Source: Pelomyxa schiedti
Taxonomy: Eukaryota > Protista > Evosea
Length of the DNA stretch: 64,000 nucleotides
Assembly (NCBI GenBank): GCA_020536535.1
Contig: JAHLWZ010000601.1
Location: forward strand, 1 to 64,000
Direction: 5' to 3'
Part shown: piece by piece, positions 28,701 through 39,767 of the stretch
How positions within the stretch are numbered: the first letter of the stretch is position 1
Layout: each line of letters opens with the position of its first letter
Made by a program: the position numbers and the translations under genes
The notes under the pieces: generated by a model
The model's database searches: none
The model's input: the letters and a program-made list of their open reading frames with translations, nothing else
Told to the model about the DNA's origin: nothing

Positions 28701-31700
28701 CTATTGTCTGGTTCAACGGGTGGCTTCCAAAGACCCGGCAGGGCGGTGGCGTTCCTTCAGTACGATTTACTTCGGAGGATTTTTTCAACTCGGAACTCAG
28801 GACACGTTTGGCCAGCCTCGCAATTGCGAAGATCACGGCAGAGACCAAGTGCATGGCACCAGTGGACCCCACCACACCAATAACGTTGGGACACGCGTTC
28901 ACGTACCTCCAGCTTGTTCTCGGTGAGGTGGAGCCACCAATTCTGGAGGGGAAGATTGTCGAAAGCCTGATGGAGAGGGATCCACAGCTTCAGCAGGTGT
29001 TGCTCGTGCTGAAGGGGTGGCTCACACACGGGATCCTGTATCACGTGATGTCGTACCGCTACCGCGTGGAGTACGGCCTGGACTGCGAAGAGGGAGGGAT
29101 GCCGCAGAAGCTGATGGCCGTTCCCTTCCGAGGGAAGGACACCCCAGCACTGCGGGCGGAGTTCAGCCATCCCGATATATTGATTGGATTCACGATTCTG
29201 AGTTACCTTTATCAGGCATGCCACACCCACACACCCAACACACATGTTCACATGCTTTTTTTTGGTGGCAGTGTTGTTTCTACACCTTGTAAATTGACAA
29301 CTCCTTTTTTTCATTTTTTTTCATTTTTTTTCATTTTTTTTCATTTTTTTCATTTTTTTCATTTTTTTTTTTTTTTTGCAGGGTCTGCACGAGGAGCAAA
29401 TGAAAGAGGCACTCATGAAGTTGAAGAAGCACGCAACACAGTACGGCAACAAATGGCTTGAAGGTTGGGTGCGATCCGAAACAACCAAGACATGGATTGA
29501 AGAGAGCATCGGGACCGGAGCCTCGTTCCCTGAGTGGCTGATTTCCTTCTCGACCCTCGAGCTGGAGAGCCACAGCCACCTCGCAACGGCGACGAGGGCA
29601 CTCGGCAGGAACTTCGACATGGTCGGCTACTACCTCGAGACATGCGTGTTCCCGGAGAAGGCGAAGCACTACGCAACAAAGATCACAGGAAACGGTCACA
29701 CCCTGGCAAGCGAGGGCCAGACGAAGGGCTTCAGCGGCACGGACGACAGGAGGGACACAATGCCAGAGGCAGTGGTTTCCAAGAGGCTTCCAAGCCAGGA
29801 GGGCACGGACGGGAAAATGCTTCACATCCTCACAAGGACAGGGAACAGGTCCTTCAGGAAGGTGGAGTTTGAAAGGAGTTCACAGTTCTTGGACCTCGTT
29901 CTCGAGTACTGCAAGGAAACGCCAAACTGCTTCATTCTCTGCGATTCTGGGGCGCTGATCACCGGGATGGACAACAGCCAGGTGGCGGAGCACCTTCTGA
30001 GGGGCCTGCCGGACCCCTTCAGGGGCGTCGTTTACGTCGATGAGTGCACCGGGTCGTTGATGGTTCTGCACCGAAATCTCGCAAAGCTTCCGCTGGCCTC
30101 GTGCCACCTGTCAAAGTCCGAGCTCTTCTCTTATCTGGACGACGTGCACACGAGGGGCACAGACCTGAAGCTCCCTCTCACCGCCCGCGGAATCGTGACC
30201 CTCGGCCGCAGCATGAGCAAGGACAAGCTCATGCAAACGGTCATGAGGCTGAGGCAGCTCGACTCCAAGCAGTCCGTGACCACCTGGGGCACCCCGGAGG
30301 TCGCAAACGAGATCGCCACCCTGAACTGCCTGGGCGATGAATCCCAAATCAACAGCGAGCACGTCCTTCGGTGGGTCACGCTCAACACGACGAGAAGGAT
30401 CAGCGGCGATCTCTTCTCTGTCGTCGTCGCCAAGTTCAGGCACGTCGTCAAGATGCGCGCCCAGTCTTATCAGAGACTCAACCTTGAGACTCCCATTCCT
30501 GTTCTCATCAAAGCACTCGTGGACCCCGTCCCTGATCAGTTGGATGCTCTTTATGGCTTNNNNNNNNNNNNNNNNNNNNNNNNNNNNNNNNNNNNNNNNN
30601 NNNNNNNNNNNNNNNNNNNNNNNNNNNNNNNNNNNNNNNNNNNNNNNNNNNNNNNNNNNGGCACGTCGTCAAGATGCGCGCCCAGTCTTATCAGAGACTC
30701 AACCTTGAGACTCCCATTCCTGTTCTCATCAAAGCACTCGTGGACCCCGTCCCTGATCAGTTGGATGCTCTTTATGGCTTGACACCCACAGTGCGGAGAC
30801 CAGAGGATGCCTTGACACAGAAAATGTCAGTCCTCATCGAAGCGTGGTCTATAGCGCTTCGAAAAGAACTGAGAGAGTTGGGAAAGGTCATTCCTGCCAA
30901 GCAAGGGATTAGACTCACAGGATCAGACTGCAACACTTCAGGCACAGTGGTGGGCTCCATACAGGGTTGGGAACATACAATGGAGAGGGACATCCAAGAA
31001 GACAGGCGCACAATGACTTTGCTACTGGAGAAGGTGAAGCCATTCCTCCTCGACTATGCGCAGCTGGATGTGAGCTTTGGTGTGGAAGTTGAAAAAGAAA
31101 AAGAGATGGAGGAGCTGCAAGTTGCAGAGAACGCACTTGCAGAGGGCAGGAACACTGTTCCTCTTGTTGGATGGGATTATGGATGTATTTTTGCCGGTGA
31201 TTTTGTTGCAGCAGCTCGGAGGTATCAGCCCCACCTCCCAAGGCTGCACAGCCTTGGGGACTGCTTCCTCGATGTCGGAAACGTTCCAAACCTGACCAAG
31301 CTCAGATGGTCAAAGAGGGTCTTGGCAACGGATGGGTTCATCCAGACTGTCAACGTGGACAGGGCCAAGAGGATTTACCAGAACGAGTTCTTGCGGCCTG
31401 CCGATGTGATTCTTGTGCACAAGANNNNNNNNNNNNNNNNNNNNNNNNNNNNNNNNNNNNNNNNNNNNNNNNNNNNNNNNNNNNNNNNNNNNNNNNNNNN
31501 NNNNNNNNNNNNNNNNNNNNNNNNGGCACGTCGTCAAGATGCGCGCCCAGTCTTATCAGAGACTCAACCTTGAGACTCCCATTCCTGTTCTCATCAAAGC
31601 ACTCGTGGACCCCGTCCCTGATCAGTTGGATGCTCTTTATGGCTTAACACCCATAGAGTGGAAAACAGAGGATATCTTGAGACAGAAAATGTATGGTCTT

Positions 31701-32903
31701 GGTGAGGGGTGGTCATTGGGCCTTCGCAGAGGACTGAGGGAGCTGGACAAGATCCTTCCTCCAGAGCGCAGGATAAACCTCGCAGAAGTAGGGAGCGAGA
31801 TGTCGGCGCCAGTGGCACACACCCAGATTCGGGAACGTATCATGGAGGGAGATGAAATATCAGATAGGAACACCCTCAACAGCATCCTGGAAAAGGTGAA
31901 ACCACTTCTCCCCCACTTTTCACAGTTGTATGTTTGCACCGACCCTGAAGCAGAAACAGAGCTGGAGGAATTGCAAGTTGCAGAGAACCCACCAGCAGAC
32001 AGCAGGTGTTCCGTCACCCCTCGTGGGTGGGATTTTCAGTGCGTCGTCAGGAGTGATTTTGTTTCGATGGCTCGGATACAGCACACTGAGGGGCACTTCC
32101 CAAGGCTGCACAGCCTTGGGGACTGCTTCCTCGATGTCGGAAACGTTCCAAACCTGACCAAGCTAAGATGGTCAAAGAGGGTCTTGGCAACGGATGGGTT
32201 CATCCAGACTGTCAACGTGGACAGGGCCAAGAGGATTTACCAGAACGAGTTCTTGCGGCCTGCCGATGTGATTCTTGTGCACAAGAAAGCACCAAACGAA
32301 GGGGACCACGTTCTCATCCTTGTTTCGGGTGCAGAGGCCAACGAGCTTGTGGAGATCCTGGCCGCACGGGCGCCGGACCCAGCAGTGTTCATCGTCCACC
32401 TTGGCGACACTGGTCCCGAGAAGTCCACGATGGTTCCCAGCCACCCACACCCAGAGTTGCTGCTCGCATCTCCTGCAGAGCGTCAGGCACTGACACTCAT
32501 CAAGCTTTTCAACGGCACCTGCTGTTATGACGAAAGCGAGATACCAACAATCAAGGCTGCGATTGCACTCGTAGATAGCAGCTCCTTCGAAGGCCCTGCT
32601 GTGTCACGAGACCGCTCACAGCTGATTTACGAGCACCTTGTCAAAATGCAGCTGCTCCAGAGGGGGTTTTTCACCAACATTCTCGTGGCAAAGTTGAAGA
32701 AAAACCAGATCCTGCTGACTGGTGATTTGGAGCCACACAACGCACACTGCACAGGGACACTCGTCAAAATTGCTGAAGGGTCACTGGTGGAATTTACTGA
32801 CATGATAGTACTATCAGATGTGACCAACACACTCAAGAAGCTTGTTGCAATTCGTGGGAGGCTGGCGGAGTTTGAGGGATCTGACTTGCAACACCTGCTC
32901 TGA
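19713..32903 (+). CDS. Giant (about 4000 aa) DUF3638/DUF3645-family protein with an SF2/SecA-like P-loop ATPase core (paralogue G2); multi-exon, spans three scaffold gaps
   Basis: PSWLLFELENNILIREVQ, QLNMGEGKTSVI, LLVTPEHR, DLLDESDEIL, RYRVEYGL, MAVPFRGKDTPALRAEFSHPDILIGFTILSYLY, GFSGTDD, DSGALITGMDN, YLDDVHTRGTDLKLP, KDKLMQTVMRLRQL. Confidence 0.85.
29306..29378 (+). repeat. Intronic (T)nCA repeat / long polypyrimidine tract
   Basis: TTTTTTCATTTTTTTTCATTTTTTTTCA... ending at the acceptor GCAG at 29381. Confidence 0.85.
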
Positions 32904-33281
32904 CTTTCAGGACTTCAAAGTTTGCATAGTTTTAAACAAAAGAAGGGTTGGGTGAAGGCTTGTAGTTGGGGCTCTGTGTCGTGGTCAAACTGTAGTCGCT
33001 TGCTCAAGTAATAAACAGTAGACTCTTGTGTTTGTATTTGGACTCCTTGCCGTTGCCATCCACATGTTTCCACCTGAGCAGTTGGAAAGTAGAAGAACAA
33101 GCATACCCAACTCGAAGTGGCACTGTTTGTCATGGCTGGGCTCCATCATTCCGGGTATCTGACGGCATGCATATCTCGTTGGGCGCTACCGGACAATTTC
33201 ACACTTAACTCCGAGTTATGGGTCGTGAACGTTTGTAACCAAAAAATGTTATGGGTGCTGTTTGTGTCATTTGTGAACACT

Positions 33282-34245
33282 TTATTTTGAGGTTCGTGTG
33301 TTTGTATTGTTTGTGGACACTTGATTTTGAGGTTTGTGTTGTGTTGTGTTTGTGAGTGGATGTTTATGAGCTGTCGGAGCTGTACTCTGAGAGCCTAGAT
33401 TTTCTTCTCTTTGTTGACTCTTGTCCTTTCCTGGGCTTTTTTTGCCGCTCTTCTTGTTCTTGGCCTTCTTTGTGAGCTTTTTGTCCTTTTTGAGGTCTGG
33501 GTGCAGCTTTTCATCATCCTCAAGGTCACAGATCTCCAGTGCGTCATTGCGGAGGTGGGTACAGTTACGGTATGTCAAAAGCGACTTGAGAGTGATCAGT
33601 ACTCCAGCCTCATCATCGTCTCAGACTCCCCTTGATCAGGTGGCGCAAAAACAAAGGTGAGACTACCATTGAGACCAGAGTATTTTCGGTAGTATTTTCT
33701 GATTCTTAGCATTTGGCTGCTGTCAGTTTCTCTGCCAAAAAGTGAGGGACTGGAGATAAAAAGAATGTATTCAGTACTGGGGATCAGTCACAGGTGTCTC
33801 TGTGGATTGTGTTGCGGTTTCTGTGTGTTCCTGAGCTCTGGTCGCCGGCTCAGTTTTGATCATGGCTGTGCATGCTGCCTTAAAACTGGGAGGTACCCAT
33901 GTTCCTGCACATTCTACTTCATTGGCTTCAGTTGTTTCTAACAACATAAGCAAAAGGTAAAAAGAAGTTGAGGACATTTACCTAACGAAGAAGTGCTTTG
34001 AAAGCTCTGCAGAATTGCCATCTTCACCTTGTCCAGCTGTGTGTAGTCCCGGGACTGCTGCTGATTTTTCACTGGGCTCTTTTGGGTACTTACAGCATCT
34101 CTGGTTTGGGGTGGAGTGTATGGCTCAGTATGCAGTTGGGGATCTGGCTGTGGTTCTTGATCTTCCTCAGGCTCCATCTTGGACTCCTCAGGCTCTGTTT
34201 CCGGCTCCGGTTCCGGCTCTGGGACTAGATCCAAATTTGGAGCTG

Positions 34246-34294
<49 letters not shown>

Positions 34295-35960
34295 CTGTGT
34301 CTGTGGTTGCAGTTGCGGTTGTGGCTCAGGCCTGGGAACTGGCATGCGTGCAGGCTCTGAAGTTGCTCTTTGTGCCTGGGAGTTCGGCTTTGACTGTGTT
34401 GTCTTTGGCTTCAGTGGTGACTGTGGCGGGAGCTGTGGCTGTACCTGCCGCAGGGCCTGTATCTGTGGGTGTAACTGTGATGTGCTCTGTGGTTGTGCCT
34501 GAGACTGTAGTAGGAGCTGTGGTTGTGGCTCCGCAGGTGGCTGTGCCTGCAGTAGGAGCTGTGGCTGTTCCTGCAGTGGGGTCTGAGGCTGTTGGTGTGG
34601 AGCAGTTTGTGGCTTCAAGGATATTTGTACGGGACATCAGCCACCAGAGGGTACATTGTACGAACTGGTTTTTGGAGTGGGGAGGCTCTCCGCCTTTGTG
34701 TCTTTACAGGGGAAGGAATCCAATTTGGATGTTCTATAGACAGATCTCTGAGGTAGTTGTTGAGATCCTTTGCTTTCCCATTTGGACTGGCTTTTATCCA
34801 TGACAAGGCCGCAATTTGAAGATCCTTTGTTGAATGAAGGAACTTGTTTTGGTTTTCAGAGCACCAAGCTTTAGAAGTTTACAATTCTCAAACCTGGGTG
34901 ATGGTTAAACAGATAAGAAAATAGAAATCTTACCGTGAGAGAAGATCTGCAAGGTGCATCAGGGTCCAGTGCTTCATAGACTGCGAGATAATCTGCTGCA
35001 GCCTTTCGTGTCTGGAGGGGGACTCGTAGTGACTTGACCGTCGCCATAACCTCCTTAGGATAGGTAAGAGACTAAAACACAGTAGGGAAACAAACTGGCC
35101 AAGGAACAACAACTAACTCATTGTTGGGCCCAGGATTGTAGCGCACATCGAAGATTATCTTTGCTTTTTGCAGCCAGTTGATTTCCACACTGTTGGCTAG
35201 CGTGGTACATGAGTAAACTAACACAAAAAAGAGAAAAAGAGTGATACCTGAGGCAGCTAAGCCTCCAGCCCGTATCATTAGAGGGGTAGTGATGTTGGTA
35301 CAAAAAACATTGGCTGGAACCGGAGTATAATAAAAAAAACAGAGTTGAAAAAGCAATCTGAGTCAGTACTGGGAGATTTGCTTCATAGCAGGTTCGTAGG
35401 TAGTGAGCAAGTGGGAATGCCAAACGCCTGTGAGAATGTTAAATCAGATAACAAACAGGGATTACAAACCGATGATTTCCGTCAAAGAGCAGATACTGCT
35501 CGGCTGTTAGTGGCACCACATAAACAGGCAACAGATTTTCATTTATCCCACTCTCCAACATTAAATCAAGCAATTTCCCCAGGACTGCAGGGTGTTAACT
35601 TCCGGATATATTTAATACATGCGTGATCTGGTTTGGATCAAGGTCCACAATACGCTTGTCAGTACACTGGGTCAAGATCTCCTGGAGGGTTGTATCGTTG
35701 CCAAAACGAGAGCTGACCTCCTCTACAACTGCCGACGAGTGTGCCGACGGTGTAGTCGCTGCAGTTTTCGGCGTAGATGCCAACGATGTTGTCGCCGCAC
35801 TCGTCGGCACATTGTAGAGGAGGTCGGCTTTAATGGAGAAGTCTTGGGTTTCTTTAGGCTCGTGATTTCAGCTCTTGTGGCAACACCGGCCCATGGCTGC
35901 GTGTCTGTTGGCTCGTTTAAATGGTTTTTTTTTAATGATTTCCTTTCGCTTTTAAGGTGA
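33282..35960 (-). CDS. Hypothetical multi-exon gene with a Pro/Gln/Glu-rich low-complexity region and a Lys-rich tail
   Basis: Chain of short minus-strand ORFs separated by GT-AG segments, the 226-aa PQ/PE ORF at 33938-34618 and a [18 protein letters not shown] exon; no family recognised and boundaries uncertain. Confidence 0.4.
34243..34296. repeat. (GGCTCT)n hexamer tandem repeat encoding (PE)n on the minus strand
   Basis: About 9 perfect units read directly. Confidence 0.9.
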
Positions 35961-36689
35961 AATGTAGCATTAGGTGGATTGATTTTTGATGTACAGTGGC
36001 TGGACAGGAGGAAGGGTGGTGTTGGCCGCAGAAAAGTCGCAGGCAACTCGTGTGTTGGAGTCCAAACAAGTAAACCCCATCCCTAACAACTTTCGCGACA
36101 TTTGACATTGATGGATCGTAACAGGTTCAACAAGCAGAAACCAAGTTGATGTCGGGTCCGTTGTGGCGGTTTCTAATGCAGTACCAAAGTGAAAGTGTGT
36201 CGTTTTGTGCTGCTGCGCATTCTATTGGGAACAGCACCCCTGGGTGTTCAGTGTGGGAACAATCACACAAATTGTTTTTCTGTTGCCAACGGCCCCGATA
36301 CTTACGGTGCAGTTACGTGTGGTGGTGTGGCAGTCATGCGGGTGTTGGGGTGCCTTCATGGGGGCTTGTTGCCTACATTGGGCAAAAGCGAGGCTGTGCA
36401 TCGTGCACCGCTCGTGTACGTTTTATGTGAGATCGCCAGTGACACAGTTACTGGGCCACGGTGCAGTGCATCGTAACTGTTGTCACTCTTCACCATCGTC
36501 GTTAGAGGACAACAACAAACGGATTTGTTGGACACGTAAGTTGTTCATTGTCACCAGAGGTGCAATGACTGCGCCTAAGAGTGCATTTTTGGAATTTTTT
36601 GCACTCTTAAATGTGTGTTGTAACCCGAGGTTACCGCAACACAAAAAGTTGAATGAGCACCCTGCCTGAAAATTGGTGTGTGGATGGTG

Positions 36690-37620
36690 GCAGTTTGTGG
36701 AGCGACGATGCCATCCTATACCGCAACAAAAGTTCCGCAACAAAAGTTCCAGGGTTTAGTCGGCCCTGTGAAGCACTACCTCCTGGTATGTGCTTGTTTT
36801 TGTTTTTTTTCCCTCAGTGTGCCCAAGACTCCGTCCTCTGCTACAACATGTGGCGTGAAGTATTTGACGACAACTTTTTCAATCGCATTGCTGTGGAAAC
36901 TAACCGGTGGGTGGGCTCTGTCTAAACCACCCTCTTGACATACTCTCAGTTATGCCCATAATGTTTAAGGATTTGAGTCCTTTCACACTTCAGCTGCTGA
37001 AATTGAACTCCTCTCTGGAGTTTATATCGCTGGTATGTTAAAATGACTTCATTTTTATTCAATTCCCACCTTTCCAGCGGGCCTGTTCCGCCAAGCTTCA
37101 TGGAAGGACCATGGAGGGAGCTTCACCTTGGGTTCGGGAACTTATGTCACAGAAGCGGTATTATCAATATATGTGTTTCTATATAAGTTATACTCTTACC
37201 AACGCGTGGCTTCAGGGACCTCAACAGAGTGTTGCACTTTTCTGATCCTGCAGAGAATCCAGATGACAGGCTGAGATCCATCCGCTGGATTGTTGATTAT
37301 TTAAATTGGAAGTTCACTACCTTGTGGCACCCAGGTTTGTGTTCTTGACAGTGATTCTTTCATACTAACCGTTGATTACTTCAGGCAGGAATGTTACAAT
37401 CGATGAAGCCATAATCCCATTCAAGGGTTTGTATCCTGCTAGGGTGTGCCTCAGAGGAAAACCGCGTGCCACAGGTGTGAAGGTCTTTATGTTGGCTGAC
37501 GAGTATTCCGCCATTGTCAAGTTCATTGTTTATGATGGCAAAAACCCTTATGGTATATCTACATAATACTTTTTTTTTCCCCGCTACCTCTTTATTCACA
37601 TCTTTAGGTGACTTGGATAA
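36690..37620 (+). mobile_element. piggyBac-type transposase (DDE_Tnp_1_7), intron-containing, truncated at the 3' end
   Basis: Exon peptides WREVFDDNFFNRIAVETNR, MSQKRY, LHFSDPAENPDDRLRSIRWIVDYLN, PGRNVTIDEAIIPFKG, GKPRATGVKVFMLAD, FIVYDGK. Confidence 0.85.
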
Positions 37621-38000
37621 AAATAAAACTCTAAAATGCCCATTCTTCCGTCATCTTCACTTAGAAAAGGTATCAGTACTTCTTACATTACTGTAACCCC
37701 TAATGTACGCAATAAAGGAGGAGCTGTGTTCCGCAATCGGAACCACCACAACCACAACTACCATAGCCACAGCCATCAGCAGCAACAGCAACCACAACCA
37801 CAACGCCAGCAGCATACCCAGCAACCCCAATCACAACAACAGCGGCTGCAAGCACAAGCACAGGCCCTCAACACTTTGCCAGTTCCGCGTACGGCAGCAC
37901 AGCCCACTGTCATCACCACACCCCCACCACCTTGCACTTACACACAAGTCTTTCCTCACTATTTCTTTTTTCTTTATCCCGCTGATTGTGATTTTCCAAC

Positions 38001-38062
38001 AAGCCAAAAACAGCCATCGAGGCTCACTGTGATCACCAACCCTTGATGGCTGTTTTTGGCTT
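38001..38062. repeat. Inverted repeat: 22-bp stem with an 18-nt loop
   Basis: AAGCCAAAAACAGCCATCGAGG (38001-38022) pairs with CCTTGATGGCTGTTTTTGGCTT (38041-38062); 21 of 22 pairs are Watson-Crick, one is G-T. Confidence 0.9.
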
Positions 38063-38399
38063 TTCCGTGGTCGTAGATTCGGCAACAACGCTCTTGTGTG
38101 GCTCTTACTCCTGACACAACAAGGGAACAGGACCGGCACGTCACAGCCCACAGTCCAGCTGTCCTTGCGTCTTGGATGCACAATAAGGGAAAAACAATAC
38201 CTTTCCTTCTGCTAACAGATGGTGTCACGACCCGGGTCTTGCACTGATGCTGCTGGGAGGCAGTATTCCTATCTTCGTGGGTCTCATGGTAGTTGGTAAG
38301 GGTCAGGTCCTCTCTGTTGGTTACCCTCTCTGACCTGTGAGCCAGTATGCTATTGTCTAATCGTATGGCTATGGTCCAATCTAACCTTCTAAATTCGAT

Positions 38400-39200
38400 C
38401 TCTTAAGCCTATTACCCTGTTTGGACCTGAGGTGTAGTATTCCACATACCACTGCTAGAACTACCCCATTTCCATTTCCTGGCAGTGTTTGTTCCAGGTA
38501 TGTCGCATTGTCCTTGATGTACTGACGGTGGTACACAAGCTCTTGGGTTTCTGGCCTGATTCAGTCATGGCTATGAAGTGTTGCACAGGGTTTCAGCTGC
38601 CATTTTGCCTCGTGCAGGCATGTAAAAACTTCCTCCAAGTGTTCCATGTGCTCACTACATGATTTAGAGAGGATAATTATATGGTTGATGTGAAGGAAAC
38701 AACCGGTGTCCACTGGTTTCATTTGGAATGCGTAACACTAGAGAATGTAGGTTCTGTGTTTTTCAATCCAAATAGCATCCTTGTCATCTCACAACTGACC
38801 CAGCTGAAAGTGTCTTGTGCATTCCTTCCCTCTCATCTTCACTTGCCGGAAAAAGCATCCAGCTTTGACCAGTATGTATTCTCTCCCCAAACACGTGTTG
38901 TTGATGTTGCATCATAGTTCTTGTATTCGCAATAATCTACACAGAATCTTACACTTCCATTCTTCTTCTTGCCCATACAGGTGTGGGAAAAAAAAAAACT
39001 GAATTACTCCATCAGCATTCACCTTTCATTTCCTGTACTTCTTCCTTCTCGAGTCTCCGCTTTGGATTGCCAGTAGGTTGATGCTGATTGGGTGGTTGTC
39101 TGTGAGTTATATTCTGTGCCCTACATCTTTGATCTCTCCAAGTTCTTCTTCTGGTTTTACTGCAAAGACTCGGTTCAGCAGTGTTGTGATTGGCTCCCTT
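38400..39200 (-). mobile_element. Degenerate Ty3/Gypsy LTR-retrotransposon pol (RT/RNase H) relic
   Basis: Minus-strand peptides EELGEIKDVGHRI*LTDNHPI, KKKNGSVRFCVDY, YWSKLDAFSG, RMLFGLKNTEPTF, IIILSKSCSEHMEHLEEVFTCLHEAKWQLKP, VLAVVCGILHLR; broken by stops and frameshifts, catalytic DD lost. Confidence 0.8.
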
Positions 39201-39767
39201 CCTCTCATGATTCAGGTGCTTGCCAACTATCTATTACATTTCCTGACTGTTAAATTATCATACCGCAATCCTTTTCTGCTCCCCTGTCGCTCCTATTGCA
39301 TTCTGGACCAGGTATGTGGTGCCGTTTTGGATCTTGAACTCACCCTCTTCACAGCCAATCACCTCTGTGACCTCTTGATTGCAGTGTCCAATGGATTTCA
39401 TAGATACAGTTCCTACCATGATTCATCCATGATGATGGACAGCCCAGTACCAAAAGCTATCCATCATGACTTGGAATTTGATAAACTCAGGGATAGGAAG
39501 CAGCTTGTTGGTGGCATTTGGTGTTGGAGCAAAACTCACTGGAGATTGGAAAGAATTATTCAGATTCCAACACCAGAGTATTTTGACCCCTTATCTCACC
39601 CACATATTTGGCACTTTTAGACTTGTGTTGTTACAGGTATTGGACGAATTTTTCAAAACACTAATCATCATTGCCCTAATGACATTCTTGGCAACAAACC
39701 ATAAATTGGTCACTTTTTGAGGTTTTTTGGTGTTTTGTTTGCAAATTCAAATTGAATTCTTAGTGAT

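Noticed and set aside
34015-34803. Plus-strand ORFs with (LA)n and (GS)n repeats
   Set aside because: Antisense shadows of the minus-strand PQ/PE low-complexity exon
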